IMG/VR virus record: IMGVR_UViG_2868597578_000002
Strand: one strand, 5' to 3'
Source of the DNA: a virus
Lineage: Duplodnaviria > Heunggongvirae > Uroviricota > Caudoviricetes
Length of the DNA stretch: 64,000 nucleotides
Shown here: positions 1 to 9,538 of the stretch, in pieces
How positions within the stretch are numbered: position 1 is the stretch's first letter
Layout: each line of letters begins with the position of its first letter
Translations under genes and position numbers: made by a program
The notes under the pieces: model-generated
What the model was told of the DNA's origin: nothing
Seen by the model: the letters and a program-made list of their open reading frames with translations, nothing else
The model's database searches: none

Positions 1-148
1 GGATATTTTACTGGCAGTGATAAGCCTTTGTAATTCTGTCGCTCATAGTTACAGACATTCCAAAGTTTATATGCTGCATAGCACATATGCCCAATGATAT
101 TAGATTCTGCGTTATTTAACTTGATAGTTGTTTTTTGTGATAGCAGCA
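1..148 (-). CDS. Partial (N-terminal 49 aa) TnpB/IS605-OrfB-like protein; continues off the window's left edge
   Basis: Reverse strand reads ggaggaatctatATG..., translating MLLSQKTTIKLNNAESNIIGHMCYAAYKLWNVCNYERQNY... The pattern (K-x-I-K-L, G-x-x-x-Y-x-x-x-K-L-W-N) resembles the conserved N-terminus of IS605 OrfB/TnpB proteins. An RBS and the GCATATT motif (revcomp at 187-194) lie upstream. Confidence 0.3.
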
Positions 149-220
149 TATAGATTCCTCCTTCCTTGAATTTCTTATTTATATTTAATATGCCAAATTT
201 GTGATAAAATGTAAAATTTT

Positions 221-251
221 GCGAAAAAAATCTCCGCATGAGATGCGGAGA
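221..251. terminator. Bidirectional rho-independent terminator-like hairpin (ctccgcatgagatgcggag) flanked by A/T runs
   Basis: Perfect 8-bp palindrome with a 3-nt loop, followed by ataaaaaa and preceded by aaaaaaat. Confidence 0.5.
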
Positions 252-418
252 TAAAAAAGTCGTATACGATATTTTTATTTTTTATGCGTTTTCATCTCGG
301 ATATAGAATAACCGAGGATTCCCGCTTTAAATCCTAAAACTTTCTGAATTTTCAGTAGAGAAAATTTTCCGCATATTAGATGTATCTAGCAATACCATTC
401 AAGAAAGGAAAAAAAGAT

Positions 419-598
419 ATGAACGAACATGAATTTTGGAAAGAACGCCGCCACCTTGAGGAAATGCCGTTTGATAAGCGTTTTGATGTGGACGGAAACT
501 CTGAACTTTGCCATGCAACCGGATATGAGGTCTTTGACGGCGAGGACTGGTGGGATGAGTTCGTGGATTCTAACGGAGATTTCCAATACGGAAGATAA
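419..598 (+). CDS. Small hypothetical protein (59 aa from ATG 419)
   Basis: ORF-track ORF 380..598. Internal ATG at 419 (MNEHEFWKERR...) follows an A/G-rich stretch. GCATATT motif at 371-377. Confidence 0.35.
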   Translation: MNEHEFWKERRHLEEMPFDKRFDVDGNSELCHATGYEVFDGEDWWDEFVDSNGDFQYGR

Positions 599-708
599 CT
601 CCGGGAAATATTTTTGCCTGCAGAAATTCTGTAGGCTTTTTTCGCAAATTTTTTTTCTCTCCAAAAAATCCCGCATGTTATATATAGAAAAAACAAAGGA
701 GACAAAAA

Positions 709-1086
709 ATGCCTGAAAAAATACTAGTCTTGGATAGCTCAACTTTTTTCGTAATCTGCCACGCAGTAGCAGAAGACGAGAAAGGTATACGAAATGCACA
801 GAACCTGTATTGGTTCCTGTCAGACGGCAAAAATGCAGCAAACCAGGAGATTCTCTCAGACCACACGTGTGAAACTATTGTTCTGGATGCAGACTGGATT
901 GCTAAGCATGCCGAAAACAAATATCTTGGACTTCAATACCGTCAGAACGGTAACACGCACACCGAAACAGTATGTTTTCTGTCCAGCGATATTACAGTTT
1001 TGCTGAAAAGAAATTCTTTTGCTAAGCTGAATATATGCGACATACACGGCAACACGAAGGATACATACACCCTGAAAAGGAGATGA
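709..1086 (+). CDS. Hypothetical protein (125 aa)
   Basis: RBS aaaggagacaaaaaATG. No recognisable motifs. Confidence 0.5.
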   Translation: MPEKILVLDSSTFFVICHAVAEDEKGIRNAQNLYWFLSDGKNAANQEILSDHTCETIVLDADWIAKHAENKYLGLQYRQNGNTHTETVCFLSSDITVLLKRNSFAKLNICDIHGNTKDTYTLKRR

Positions 1087-1092
1087 TTCAAA

Positions 1093-1848
1093 ATGCTTAA
1101 AAAGAAGCTCAAAACAAAAACAAAAACCAAACCAAAGAGAAGTCTAAAGACAAAGTCCTCCACCTACAAACGGCCTTCGCGCAAGCAGCGCCGCAATAAG
1201 AAGATGTACGAAGATGACTCTCTGCTGAATATCTGGAATGGAAATGGATTCGTAATGTGCGGGCTTGGAAAAAAATCCCGAATGTTAGCAAAAATCAAAC
1301 ATTTCTTCAGATGCATCAAATGGTCAAAGCAAAGAGCAAAAAGAGGTTTTGCTGACTCTGATGTGTGGAGTATGTACACATATCTAGAAGAACTGATGCC
1401 GGCAATGCTGCAGTATCTGAAAGATAACCGGATGGGAAGCCCGGCGATGCTCGGTGAAAATTATACTGACGAGCATGGCATAATGCAGAACGATGCTTGC
1501 CATAAAGAATGGGACAAAATCCTTGACCGGATGATTTTCCTCTGGCGGGAACTTGACGAAGAGACATGCAGTGAGAAAAATAAATACGAAAAAGAATATT
1601 CAAAAGCCTCTGATGAATTCTTTGATAAATACGGTTTCTTCGGGGAAGGCCTGGAAACAGAAGAAGAAAAAGAAAAAGCAAAAAAGACAGGCTCCAGAAG
1701 GATGCATTTTATGAGTGAACTGCCAGAGTACGAAGAAATCAGCCGGCTGCATATGGAAGAGGAGAAGCGACTGATGGCGTATAGAGAAAAATGCAAAGAT
1801 GAGGTGTTTGATTTAACGAAGAAATATTTTTTCGCGTTGTGGGATTGA
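1093..1848 (+). CDS. Hypothetical protein with a lysine-rich basic N-terminus (251 aa)
   Basis: RBS gaaaaggagatgattcaaaATG. The basic KKKLKTKTKTKPKR N-terminus is followed by an acidic C-terminal half. Confidence 0.5.
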   Translation: MLKKKLKTKTKTKPKRSLKTKSSTYKRPSRKQRRNKKMYEDDSLLNIWNGNGFVMCGLGKKSRMLAKIKHFFRCIKWSKQRAKRGFADSDVWSMYTYLEELMPAMLQYLKDNRMGSPAMLGENYTDEHGIMQNDACHKEWDKILDRMIFLWRELDEETCSEKNKYEKEYSKASDEFFDKYGFFGEGLETEEEKEKAKKTGSRRMHFMSELPEYEEISRLHMEEEKRLMAYREKCKDEVFDLTKKYFFALWD

Positions 1849-1981
1849 GGGAAATTTTTAATGTGATTAGAGACGGGCGCTGCCTTCGGTAGCGCTTGTT
1901 TTTTTTGTAAAAATAGAAATCCTTCATATTATTATAGATATATGATATTATTTATATAAAAAAAGAAAGGAGAAAAAAGAA

Positions 1982-2200
1982 ATGGTAAAATACATTCTAA
2001 TGCCGGAAGAGGCTATTCAGAAAATAAGAAAAGGAGACAAATTTTTTGTGGATGGCGAATTCAATCCGAATGCTGCCAGAATCATAACTGCGGCACATGA
2101 TGCATATTTTTGGGTAGATGACAACAATATGCCACATTGGACTGTGGATGCAGAGGGGGGCGGATGCTATGGATATGGAGAAATCTGCCAGCAGGTTTAA
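1982..2200 (+). CDS. Small hypothetical protein (72 aa)
   Basis: RBS aaaggagaaaaaagaaATG. Confidence 0.45.
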   Translation: MVKYILMPEEAIQKIRKGDKFFVDGEFNPNAARIITAAHDAYFWVDDNNMPHWTVDAEGGGCYGYGEICQQV

Positions 2201-2574
2201 GTTTTTTGATACAGCCAGAAATTTTGGCTGTATTTTTGATACAAAAATGGAGAATTGGCATATTAAGAATGAAAATTTTTATTGAAAAAAATTTAGCCGT
2301 CGCATTCTCGTGACTTCAGTCGTGATGCAGCGAGCTTACGCTCGCTTGCACCAGACGCGGACGGAGTTTCTATTCCCTCGTATGCGTTCAATTACCTTCA
2401 GACCGACGGGCAAGCAAGCTTAACCGCGGTTTCCCGTCCGTCGATGAGGTAGGCGGCTCGTTTTTTTTTGAGTACATAAAAATATCGTTTACGACGTTTT
2501 ATTTCTCTACGTTTCGGCGTAGAGATTTTTTTATTTCCATCAAATTTTTTCGCAAAAAATCGTCCCGTTTCTAA

Positions 2575-2590
2575 TTTTTTCGGCATATTA
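2575..2590 (+). promoter_or_regulatory. Copy of the conserved (T-rich)-GCATATT(R) putative promoter motif upstream of tnpB
   Basis: ttttttcggcatatta, 35 nt upstream of the tnpB ATG. One of ~20 copies in the window. Confidence 0.5.
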
Positions 2591-2624
2591 AACGTATAAG
2601 AAATTTACAGAAAGGAGGTACGAT

Positions 2625-4085
2625 ATGGCAAACTCAAACAGAAAGAAAGCCCGTAAATTACAGACTGCCAAGAAGACGAAAGCCGCCGAGAAAGAGAAGA
2701 CCGTTAAGAAGGTAAAGCCTGCCGAAGAAAAACCGATAAAGTACACTGTCACAGCAGAACAACAGGCTGACGGTACTTTTGAGTTTCACGGAGGCAAAGG
2801 CGGATTCAATATCATTAAGCAGAAGAATAAAGCATTAGAGCCTTACGGAAAATGCATACATAATTATGGCGTCCTTTTAGAGCTGATTCCAGGAGACAAA
2901 CAGACTGCGATTAACCAGCAGATTGGGAATGCCCGTGTAGTACATAATGACTACCTTTCTAAACGTGAGGAATACTATAAGGAGACCAAAAAGGCTTTAA
3001 CGGTCTCACAGTATAAAAAAGAATACCTTCCGGCATTAAAAAAAGAAAAGGAATATCTTAAGGATACAGACAAGTTTGTTTACGAAAATGCCTGCCGGAA
3101 TGTAGATGACGCATACAACAGATTTTTTAAGGGGTTGTCTGGATTTCCGAAATATGCTTCCAGAACGAAGCCAAACGGAAACAGCTTTACAACAAATTTC
3201 ACAAACAACAACATTGAGCTGAAGATGATTGGAGGCACCCCGTATGTTAAGCTTCCAAAAATCGGAAATGTGAGGTTTATCCTTCCAAAGGAAAAAAAAT
3301 TAAACGATATCCAACCGCATGGAGTGTCAATCAAGGCGGCAACTGTAAACAAGGAGCCAGATGGCTCATACCGCATCGCCCTCAGAATGGAGAGCGTGAT
3401 TGATAAGCCTGTATTTCCAACTGTTATAAATGCAAGGGAGATAATCTCTGTTGACCTTGGCCTGAAAGAATTTGGCGTTTTTGGAAATCTGGAAGAATCA
3501 ATCCCCATACCAAACCCGAGGTGGATTAAAATCCATGAAAAAAGACTGCGGAGATTCCAGCAGAGCCTTTCAAGAAAACAGTATGATTACAAAACACATA
3601 CCGGTTCAAAGAACTGGGAAAAAGTCAGGGCTAAGGTCGCCAAAGAGCAGCGTAAGATTGCGGACCAGAGAAGGGACTTCCACCACAAGCTTTCAAGAGC
3701 AATTACAGATAACTGCGTTGCGTTCATATGCGAAGACCTTGCAGTCAAGAATATGATGAAGAACCACCATTTATCAAAGTCAATCGCATCTGTTGGCTGG
3801 TCCCAGTTCTTAACAATGGTACAGTATAAAATGGAGCGTGCTGGTAAATATTTCAGAAAAATCAGCCGATGGTATCCATCATCACAGACATGCGGCTGCT
3901 GCGGATATAAAAATACAGATGTTAAGGATTTGGGCGTCAGAAAATGGAAATGCCCGAAGTGTGGAACCTGGCATGACCGAGATGTCAATGCTCAGCAGAA
4001 TATATATAAAATTGGTGCGAAGCTGTTCCAGGACGAAGGGATACAGATTATCGGCCTCCCTGTAACCAACAAACCTGCAAACTGA
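2625..4085 (+). CDS. tnpB: TnpB (IS605 OrfB family, RNA-guided RuvC-like endonuclease)
   Basis: 486 aa. The C-terminus has RuvC-III plus a zinc ribbon: ...SQTCGCCGYKNTDVKDLGVRKWKCPKCGTWHDRDVNAQQNI. Central region: ISVDLGLKEF (RuvC-I, D). Basic N-terminus. Strong RBS gaaaggaggtacgatATG. Confidence 0.85.
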   Translation: MANSNRKKARKLQTAKKTKAAEKEKTVKKVKPAEEKPIKYTVTAEQQADGTFEFHGGKGGFNIIKQKNKALEPYGKCIHNYGVLLELIPGDKQTAINQQIGNARVVHNDYLSKREEYYKETKKALTVSQYKKEYLPALKKEKEYLKDTDKFVYENACRNVDDAYNRFFKGLSGFPKYASRTKPNGNSFTTNFTNNNIELKMIGGTPYVKLPKIGNVRFILPKEKKLNDIQPHGVSIKAATVNKEPDGSYRIALRMESVIDKPVFPTVINAREIISVDLGLKEFGVFGNLEESIPIPNPRWIKIHEKRLRRFQQSLSRKQYDYKTHTGSKNWEKVRAKVAKEQRKIADQRRDFHHKLSRAITDNCVAFICEDLAVKNMMKNHHLSKSIASVGWSQFLTMVQYKMERAGKYFRKISRWYPSSQTCGCCGYKNTDVKDLGVRKWKCPKCGTWHDRDVNAQQNIYKIGAKLFQDEGIQIIGLPVTNKPAN

Positions 4086-4094
4086 TTCTTCAGA

Positions 4095-4440
4095 AATAAC
4101 TGTTAACCCAGCAACAGGTAAAACCGGTCACATATAAACAAGCACTCCGGAAACGGGAATAACCAGATAACGAAGCAGCGGTATCTCGGGGAAGCGTGGA
4201 ATCCGTGGTGAAAGTCCACTTTTAAAGCCTGCACCGCAGTAGGACTGTCAGCGTAAGGACGCTGACAGAGAGTCTGAGTAAGACACGGCCGGAAGGCAAT
4301 GCATCGGACAGATGAAGCAGGAAAGAAGATAGAATGGAAGGTGCAACCGGGTCGCAAGACTGAAAAAGCCTGACGGACTGTCGGAAGCCCGTGACTTCAG
4401 TCATGGGTTCTTCACACCTCCACACAACTAAAGTCGAGGG
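4095..4440 (+). ncRNA. Candidate omega-RNA (TnpB guide scaffold) in the structured GC-rich right end of the IS
   Basis: About 350 nt of non-coding sequence between the tnpB stop and the right-end boundary. It is GC-rich relative to its surroundings and has many local hairpins (e.g. ctgtcagcgtaaggacgctgacag). Omega-RNAs of IS605 tnpB elements map to this position. Confidence 0.35.
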
Positions 4441-4749
4441 ATTCCCGCACCTGCAAGCAAAAGAAAGGAAGAAAAATAATGAGGAAAATCAAAAGAAAAA
4501 AAGGATATGCAGAGAAAAGACTGCAAAAACATATACATTTGCATAAAGTATTTTGACTTTCTTGCAAGCTACCGCTTCGCGGCAGCTTTTTTGCCATATT
4601 TGCTGAAGCCTTAAGAATTCTCGCTATGTGCAAAGACTAACCTGGAGAATCATCTCCAGGTTTTTTGTTCGCAAAAAACGAACGGAAATCAAAAGATTCT
4701 GCATATTACAGTTAGAAAAAAAATATAGCAGAAAGGAAACAATAGAAAA

Positions 4750-6573
4750 ATGAGAAAAAAAGACAACGTAAAAAAAGATACGGTGAAGTCAAACGTAACA
4801 GACAGAGATAACGGCAGGAACGATGGAACAGCAGGAAAGGGTCCCGGGAAAGATAAGATAGTAAAAATTATTTCATATATCATACTGGCCGTTCTGATAG
4901 TTACCGCTGGAGCTGGGCTTTATGTCGGTTCGGGTCCTGGAAGGCAAGGAAAGCCAAAAGAAATAAAATATGAAAAATTCCTGGATATGGTGGATGCGGG
5001 GCAGATTAAGGAAATCAAGTGGAATGAAGATGACGAGACCATCACTGCCTATGACAAAAAAGATAAAGAATATACAACGTCAAATCCAAAATACGATGAT
5101 TTCAAAGTAGATATGCTGGAGCAGGGCGTAGAAGTTAAAGAATCAGGAATGCTCAAGAAATATGAAACGCCGATTATGATGGCAGTTCAGTTACTTATGT
5201 ATGCCGCTTTATTCTATGCAATGACAAAGATAATGGGTATTGGTTCCATAAAATCAACCAGAAAGAAAGAACAAAAAAGCAATGTTAAATTCAAAGACGT
5301 TGCCGGCCTGGATGAGGTAAAAGAAGACCTCATGACGGTCGTTGACTTCCTGAAAAATCCGGATAAATATAAAGAAGCAGGCGCAGATATACCGAAAGGT
5401 GTGCTGCTTTACGGCCCTCCAGGAACAGGAAAAACACTTCTGGCAAAGGCTGTGGCAGGAGAAGCCGGAGTAAAGTTTATTGCAACGTCCGGTTCAGACT
5501 TTGATGAAAAGTATGTCGGTGTTGGAGCGAGCAAAATGAGGAAACTTTTTGACGACGCAAAGAACAATGCACCATGCATCATCTTTATTGATGAGATTGA
5601 CTCCATGGGCGGCCGTAGGCACTCCAAACAGAATAATTATGACAGACAGACGCTGAACACGCTGCTTTCAGAGATGGACGGATTTGACGGAAGCAATGGT
5701 GTTGTGGTGATTGCAGCAACAAACAGACTGGAAGACCTGGACCCGGCGCTGACAAGACCAGGAAGATTTGATAACCATTTTGCAGTCAGCCTTCCGGAAA
5801 GCGCAAAAGAAAGAAGGGTTATTATTGACCTTTATACGAATAACAAGAAATTTGCCGAGGACGTTGATTTTGATGCATTTGCAAAAGAAACCATGGGCAG
5901 CAGCCCGGCGACAATCAAGACTGTATTAAACGAAGCGGCTATTATTGCAGCAAGAGATAATAACGGAATCATCGACAGAAAAATCCTTGATGAAGCATGG
6001 ATGAAACAGTTAATGGAAGGGCATTTAAGAAGGAACGGTGAAAGAAATAATATTGAAGTCGTAGCATGGCACGAAGCAGGACATGCGCTGGCAGGGCTCC
6101 TGCTTGGTCAGGACCTGACAAAGGCATCCATCATCCCGTCAACATCTGGTGCTGGAGGCGCAACCTTTATCACTCCAAAGAAACTTGGATTATTCACAGT
6201 CAAAGAATTAAAAGAGCAGGTAATCATGCTGTATGCAGGAAGAAACGCTGAAGCACTGCTGACAGAGAGCAACGGCGAAGAGGAAGGAGTTACAACCGGG
6301 GCATCAAATGATATTGAAAAGGCTACAGACATCATCAAGAAAATGATTGTAGAATATGGCATGAATGATGAGTTCGGACTGCTGAATCTGGATAATCTCG
6401 ATGTAAAGCCGGAAGTCATTACAAAAGAGGCGGTCAAACTCGCAAAGGCGCTTCAGGAGCAGTCTCTGATACTAATGAAAGAAAACATTGACAGGCTGCG
6501 GGATATTGCAGAAGAACTTATGAAAAAGGAAACACTCACAGGGGAGGAAATTAGAAAAATTGCAGAAAGATAA
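4750..6573 (+). CDS. ftsH: FtsH-like AAA+ ATP-dependent zinc metalloprotease
   Basis: N-terminal TM segment. Walker [19 protein letters not shown], Walker [10 protein letters not shown], second region of homology, and HEAGHAL zinc-binding HEXXH motif. Confidence 0.85.
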   Translation: MRKKDNVKKDTVKSNVTDRDNGRNDGTAGKGPGKDKIVKIISYIILAVLIVTAGAGLYVGSGPGRQGKPKEIKYEKFLDMVDAGQIKEIKWNEDDETITAYDKKDKEYTTSNPKYDDFKVDMLEQGVEVKESGMLKKYETPIMMAVQLLMYAALFYAMTKIMGIGSIKSTRKKEQKSNVKFKDVAGLDEVKEDLMTVVDFLKNPDKYKEAGADIPKGVLLYGPPGTGKTLLAKAVAGEAGVKFIATSGSDFDEKYVGVGASKMRKLFDDAKNNAPCIIFIDEIDSMGGRRHSKQNNYDRQTLNTLLSEMDGFDGSNGVVVIAATNRLEDLDPALTRPGRFDNHFAVSLPESAKERRVIIDLYTNNKKFAEDVDFDAFAKETMGSSPATIKTVLNEAAIIAARDNNGIIDRKILDEAWMKQLMEGHLRRNGERNNIEVVAWHEAGHALAGLLLGQDLTKASIIPSTSGAGGATFITPKKLGLFTVKELKEQVIMLYAGRNAEALLTESNGEEEGVTTGASNDIEKATDIIKKMIVEYGMNDEFGLLNLDNLDVKPEVITKEAVKLAKALQEQSLILMKENIDRLRDIAEELMKKETLTGEEIRKIAER

Positions 6574-6588
6574 TTTTTTTAACAGAAT

Positions 6589-7162
6589 GACCGGCAGGGG
6601 TGAACTGCCAATCAGCAAAGTGGCTGGCCTTCATCCCCCAGATGACGAAGAGCATGAATATATAGAAGATATAATGCATAAAAAAATAAGCAGGGAGCTT
6701 TTGGCATCTGTTCTATGGTCAATAATTGGGATTGCATTTATTATCGTATATATTTATATCCATGTAAAATCGAAATCAGAAATAACCATTTATTTCTTTA
6801 TCACTCTTGCTGTGTTTGTCATGATTGTTATTGTAAATACATACCGCTTTGCTGTTGTGGATAAAAAACTTGACAAGATAGTCAAAGAAAGAAAGTACAC
6901 GATAAGAGATGTTAAAGTGCATCATGTGATGCCGGGCTATGGAACAAATTTTGGCAAACTAACTGTAAAGATTCAGGATGAACAGGAAAATGTGTATTAT
7001 CAGGAATTTACACTCAATAGAAAAATGGCAAAGATGTACAAAAACGACACAGATACAGCATTTATCCTGATAGCACTGGATAGAAATAAAAATATATACA
7101 GTCTTTTAAGCAAGAAAGAAGAGCAGAAAAAAGAAAAAAGTGAAGAGGCAGCCGAAGAATAG
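6589..7162 (+). CDS. Hypothetical membrane protein (2 TM) with a lysine/glutamate-rich tail
   Basis: ORF 6560..7162 overlaps the ftsH stop. Start uncertain: TTG 6560 or ATG 6589. Hydrophobic segments LWSIIGIAFIIVYIYI and IYFFITLAVFVMIVIV. Confidence 0.4.
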
Positions 7163-7256
7163 CGGCTGCCTCTTATTTTGCATACAGAGAAAATTGTGCG
7201 TATTTCAGGAAAGAAATTCTGCATATTGTAAATATAAAAAAGAAGGAGGAAAAGAA

Positions 7257-7985
7257 ATGACGAAAGAAGTAGAGAAGTTGCAGGAACTAATCGATAACCA
7301 CGATAACATTGTATTTTTTGGAGGCGCAGGGGTCTCAACAGAAAGCGGCATCCCGGATTTCAGGAGCCAAAACGGGCTGTATAATATGGAATACGAATAT
7401 TCACCAGAGACAATCTTAAGCAAACAGTTCTTTAAAAAATTCCCGGAAGAATTTTTTAAATTTTACCGTGATAAAATGTTATGCGATGCAGCAAAGCCAA
7501 ATGCTGCACATTTAAAATTAGCTGAGCTGGAAGAAGCTGGAAAAGTTAAGGCTATTATTACGCAGAACATTGACAATCTGCATCAGATGGCCGGAAGTAA
7601 AAATGTACTGGAACTGCATGGAAGCGTATACCGCAACCATTGTACGAAATGCGGAAAGGCATACGGCCTTGATTACATTAAGGATTCTGATGGAGTACCG
7701 CATTGTGAATGCGGCGGAATCGTTAAACCTGATGTAGTACTATATGGAGAAAATCTCAATGACGGTATTATGGCCAAGGCTGCAAGGGCACTCCGTGAAG
7801 CGCAAGTGCTAATCATTGGAGGAACATCACTTTCTGTTTGGCCTGCCGCCAGTTTGATTGACTATTTTTACGGTAATCATCTGGTGGTGATTAACAAAAC
7901 CCCGTCACCGCGTGATATGCATGCAGATTTGGTTATCCGTGAGCCAATTGGAGAAACATTCGCTCAGATTCAGCTAGAAAAATAA
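7257..7985 (+). CDS. cobB: NAD-dependent protein deacylase, Sir2 family (CobB-type sirtuin)
   Basis: GAGVSTESGIPDFRS nucleotide-binding signature. Zinc-ribbon cysteines CTKCG...CECGG. ITQNIDNLH motif. RBS gaaggaggaaaagaaATG at 7257; the ORF-track start 7140 is an upstream extension. Confidence 0.8.
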   Translation: MTKEVEKLQELIDNHDNIVFFGGAGVSTESGIPDFRSQNGLYNMEYEYSPETILSKQFFKKFPEEFFKFYRDKMLCDAAKPNAAHLKLAELEEAGKVKAIITQNIDNLHQMAGSKNVLELHGSVYRNHCTKCGKAYGLDYIKDSDGVPHCECGGIVKPDVVLYGENLNDGIMAKAARALREAQVLIIGGTSLSVWPAASLIDYFYGNHLVVINKTPSPRDMHADLVIREPIGETFAQIQLEK

Positions 7986-8211
7986 GAAAAAATTTTTTTT
8001 CAAAAGTTGGTCAAAAAAGTGTTACAAAAATTTTTTTATTTTTCATATTGTATATGGATGCAAAAGAGATGCAAAAAAGCGGGATAAAAAACAGGGCTTT
8101 GCCTCAATTGGTAATCCTCCGGCCCGATTTTTAAAAGCACCTGGATTTTGCAAAATAAATATATAGATGCGCAAAAGAAAGCGCAAAAAAATCTAACAGG
8201 AGGAAAAACCA

Positions 8212-8601
8212 ATGCAGAATAAAGCAAAAAGAAAGATTGACTACAAGAAGGTGGCATGGTGCCTTGCGATGATGGTGCTGGGAAGCATGATGTTTATTAT
8301 GCCGGCATTTGCTGACACGGTAAGTGCAAGTCAAACTATGAACAATTTAATTAGTTTAATGTGCTCAATGTTCAAATATGTTGGTGCCGCTATTTTTGTA
8401 TGGGCGATTATTCAGTTCGTTCTTGCCACAAAACGTTCTGATGCTGATTCTAAGGCTGATGCAGTGCAGACAGCTGTTTGCGGAATCGCACTTATGGGCA
8501 TTGTTGTTATTGTAAATGCCCTTGGTATCGGTAAGGCGATTGACGGCAATGGCAATGACTTTACAGATGATAAATTAGGTTCTACCGGCGGTGGTAAATA
8601 A
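8212..8601 (+). CDS. Small secreted/membrane protein (signal peptide plus 2 TM); possible pilin-like T4SS subunit
   Basis: Signal peptide ending FADT. Two hydrophobic helices. 129 aa. A terminator follows at 8612-8642. The pilin-like assignment is speculative. Confidence 0.4.
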   Translation: MQNKAKRKIDYKKVAWCLAMMVLGSMMFIMPAFADTVSASQTMNNLISLMCSMFKYVGAAIFVWAIIQFVLATKRSDADSKADAVQTAVCGIALMGIVVIVNALGIGKAIDGNGNDFTDDKLGSTGGGK

Positions 8602-8611
8602 ATTAACACAA

Positions 8612-8642
8612 AAAGCAGGCTAACTTTCAAGCCTGCTTTTTT
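8612..8642 (+). terminator. Rho-independent terminator (aagcaggct-loop-agcctgcttttttt)
   Basis: 9-bp stem followed by a T-run. Confidence 0.6.
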
Positions 8643-8818
8643 TGTTTGTTTACATCTAAACGCACAAGTAGTCTAAATATTTTATTTTGATATTCCACGA
8701 GATAATACACATTTACTAAAATAAGATTTGTCAATTAGATAAAAACCCGCAAAAATTTGCAGCAATCTCAAAAATGACGTATAATATAGCTAGAAAATAG
8801 AAAGAAAGGAGAAAGAAG

Positions 8819-9484
8819 ATGGCTAAAAATATTCTAAAAAAGATTCTCACTGTAATCGGCTATCATTCGCCGGATATTGCGCGAATTGTCACTATCGTCA
8901 TGTGCATCATTATGACCGGCCATTGGATTGCTGTGAATAAAGACGGCATGAACGTTTTTATCGTACTGTTTTCTGTATTGGTTATCTATCCTCTTCTTGG
9001 TCTCGTCCTTTCAGTTCTGATAATAATCCCTTCATTTATTTGCCGAATGATTTTGTATGCATTAGGAAACGATGCAAATGCAGAAGACCATTATTCATAT
9101 ACATATGACAATAATAGCGATAGCAATAACGCATATAGTAACGCTGAAAATGGATACCAAAGATACCAAAATCAGCAGCAGAGTGGTCGATATTATGGTT
9201 ATAGCGGTTACGGATATAATTCCGGAAATGCCGGTTATGGTTACAGCAATACCGGAACCGGTCAGAGAGATTATTCTTATAACTATTCTGGAAGAACAAA
9301 TATGAAGAGCGATTATGAGATGGCACTTGAATTTTATAAACTTCAGATGCCTTTTACAGAAAAAGAACTGAAAGAACGTAGAAGACAATTTATGAAAACC
9401 GCACATCCGGATGCCGGCGGCAGCAATGAAGAGGCAGAAAAGATTAATGAATATTATGAGATTTTAAAGAAATACGCATCATAA
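8819..9484 (+). CDS. Membrane protein with an N/Y/G-rich low-complexity region and a C-terminal DnaJ J-domain
   Basis: Two N-terminal TM helices. Y/G/N/S-rich segment (YGYSGYGYNSGNAGYGYSN). C-terminus ...QFMKTAHPDAGGSNEEAEKINEYYEILKK carries the HPD motif of J-domains. Confidence 0.6.
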   Translation: MAKNILKKILTVIGYHSPDIARIVTIVMCIIMTGHWIAVNKDGMNVFIVLFSVLVIYPLLGLVLSVLIIIPSFICRMILYALGNDANAEDHYSYTYDNNSDSNNAYSNAENGYQRYQNQQQSGRYYGYSGYGYNSGNAGYGYSNTGTGQRDYSYNYSGRTNMKSDYEMALEFYKLQMPFTEKELKERRRQFMKTAHPDAGGSNEEAEKINEYYEILKKYAS

Positions 9485-9538
9485 ACCAGACTGTTTTTTG
9501 CATACTGTAAGAAAACGATATGCAAAGGAGCAGAAAAA

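Larger units (their letters stand above)
2290..4440 (+). mobile_element. IS200/IS605-family insertion sequence carrying only tnpB (IS1341-like, non-autonomous)
   Basis: Single TnpB ORF flanked by GC-rich structured ends. Both ends share cgtgacttcagtc(g/a)tg (2308-2326 and 4390-4407). The left end holds hairpins gcgagc-ttac-gctcgc and gacggg...cccgtc. No Y1 tnpA is present. Confidence 0.55.

Noticed and set aside
376-1927. Numerous minus-strand ORFs overlapping + strand genes throughout the window (e.g. 376..705, 386..841, 1316..1681, 15565..16128, 38795..39376, 45088..45703)
   Set aside because: Each lies antisense within a longer RBS-preceded + strand CDS with recognisable domains. Their compositions are low-complexity (S/F/L-rich) and they lack RBSs, so they are antisense artefacts.
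7257-7985. Sir2-domain gene considered as a Thoeris/DSR-type anti-phage defence effector
   Set aside because: The protein is ~240 aa with the canonical CobB deacylase signature (GAGVSTESGIPDFRS, zinc ribbon). It lacks the extra SLOG/TIR partner genes or large N-terminal extensions typical of defence SIR2 proteins.
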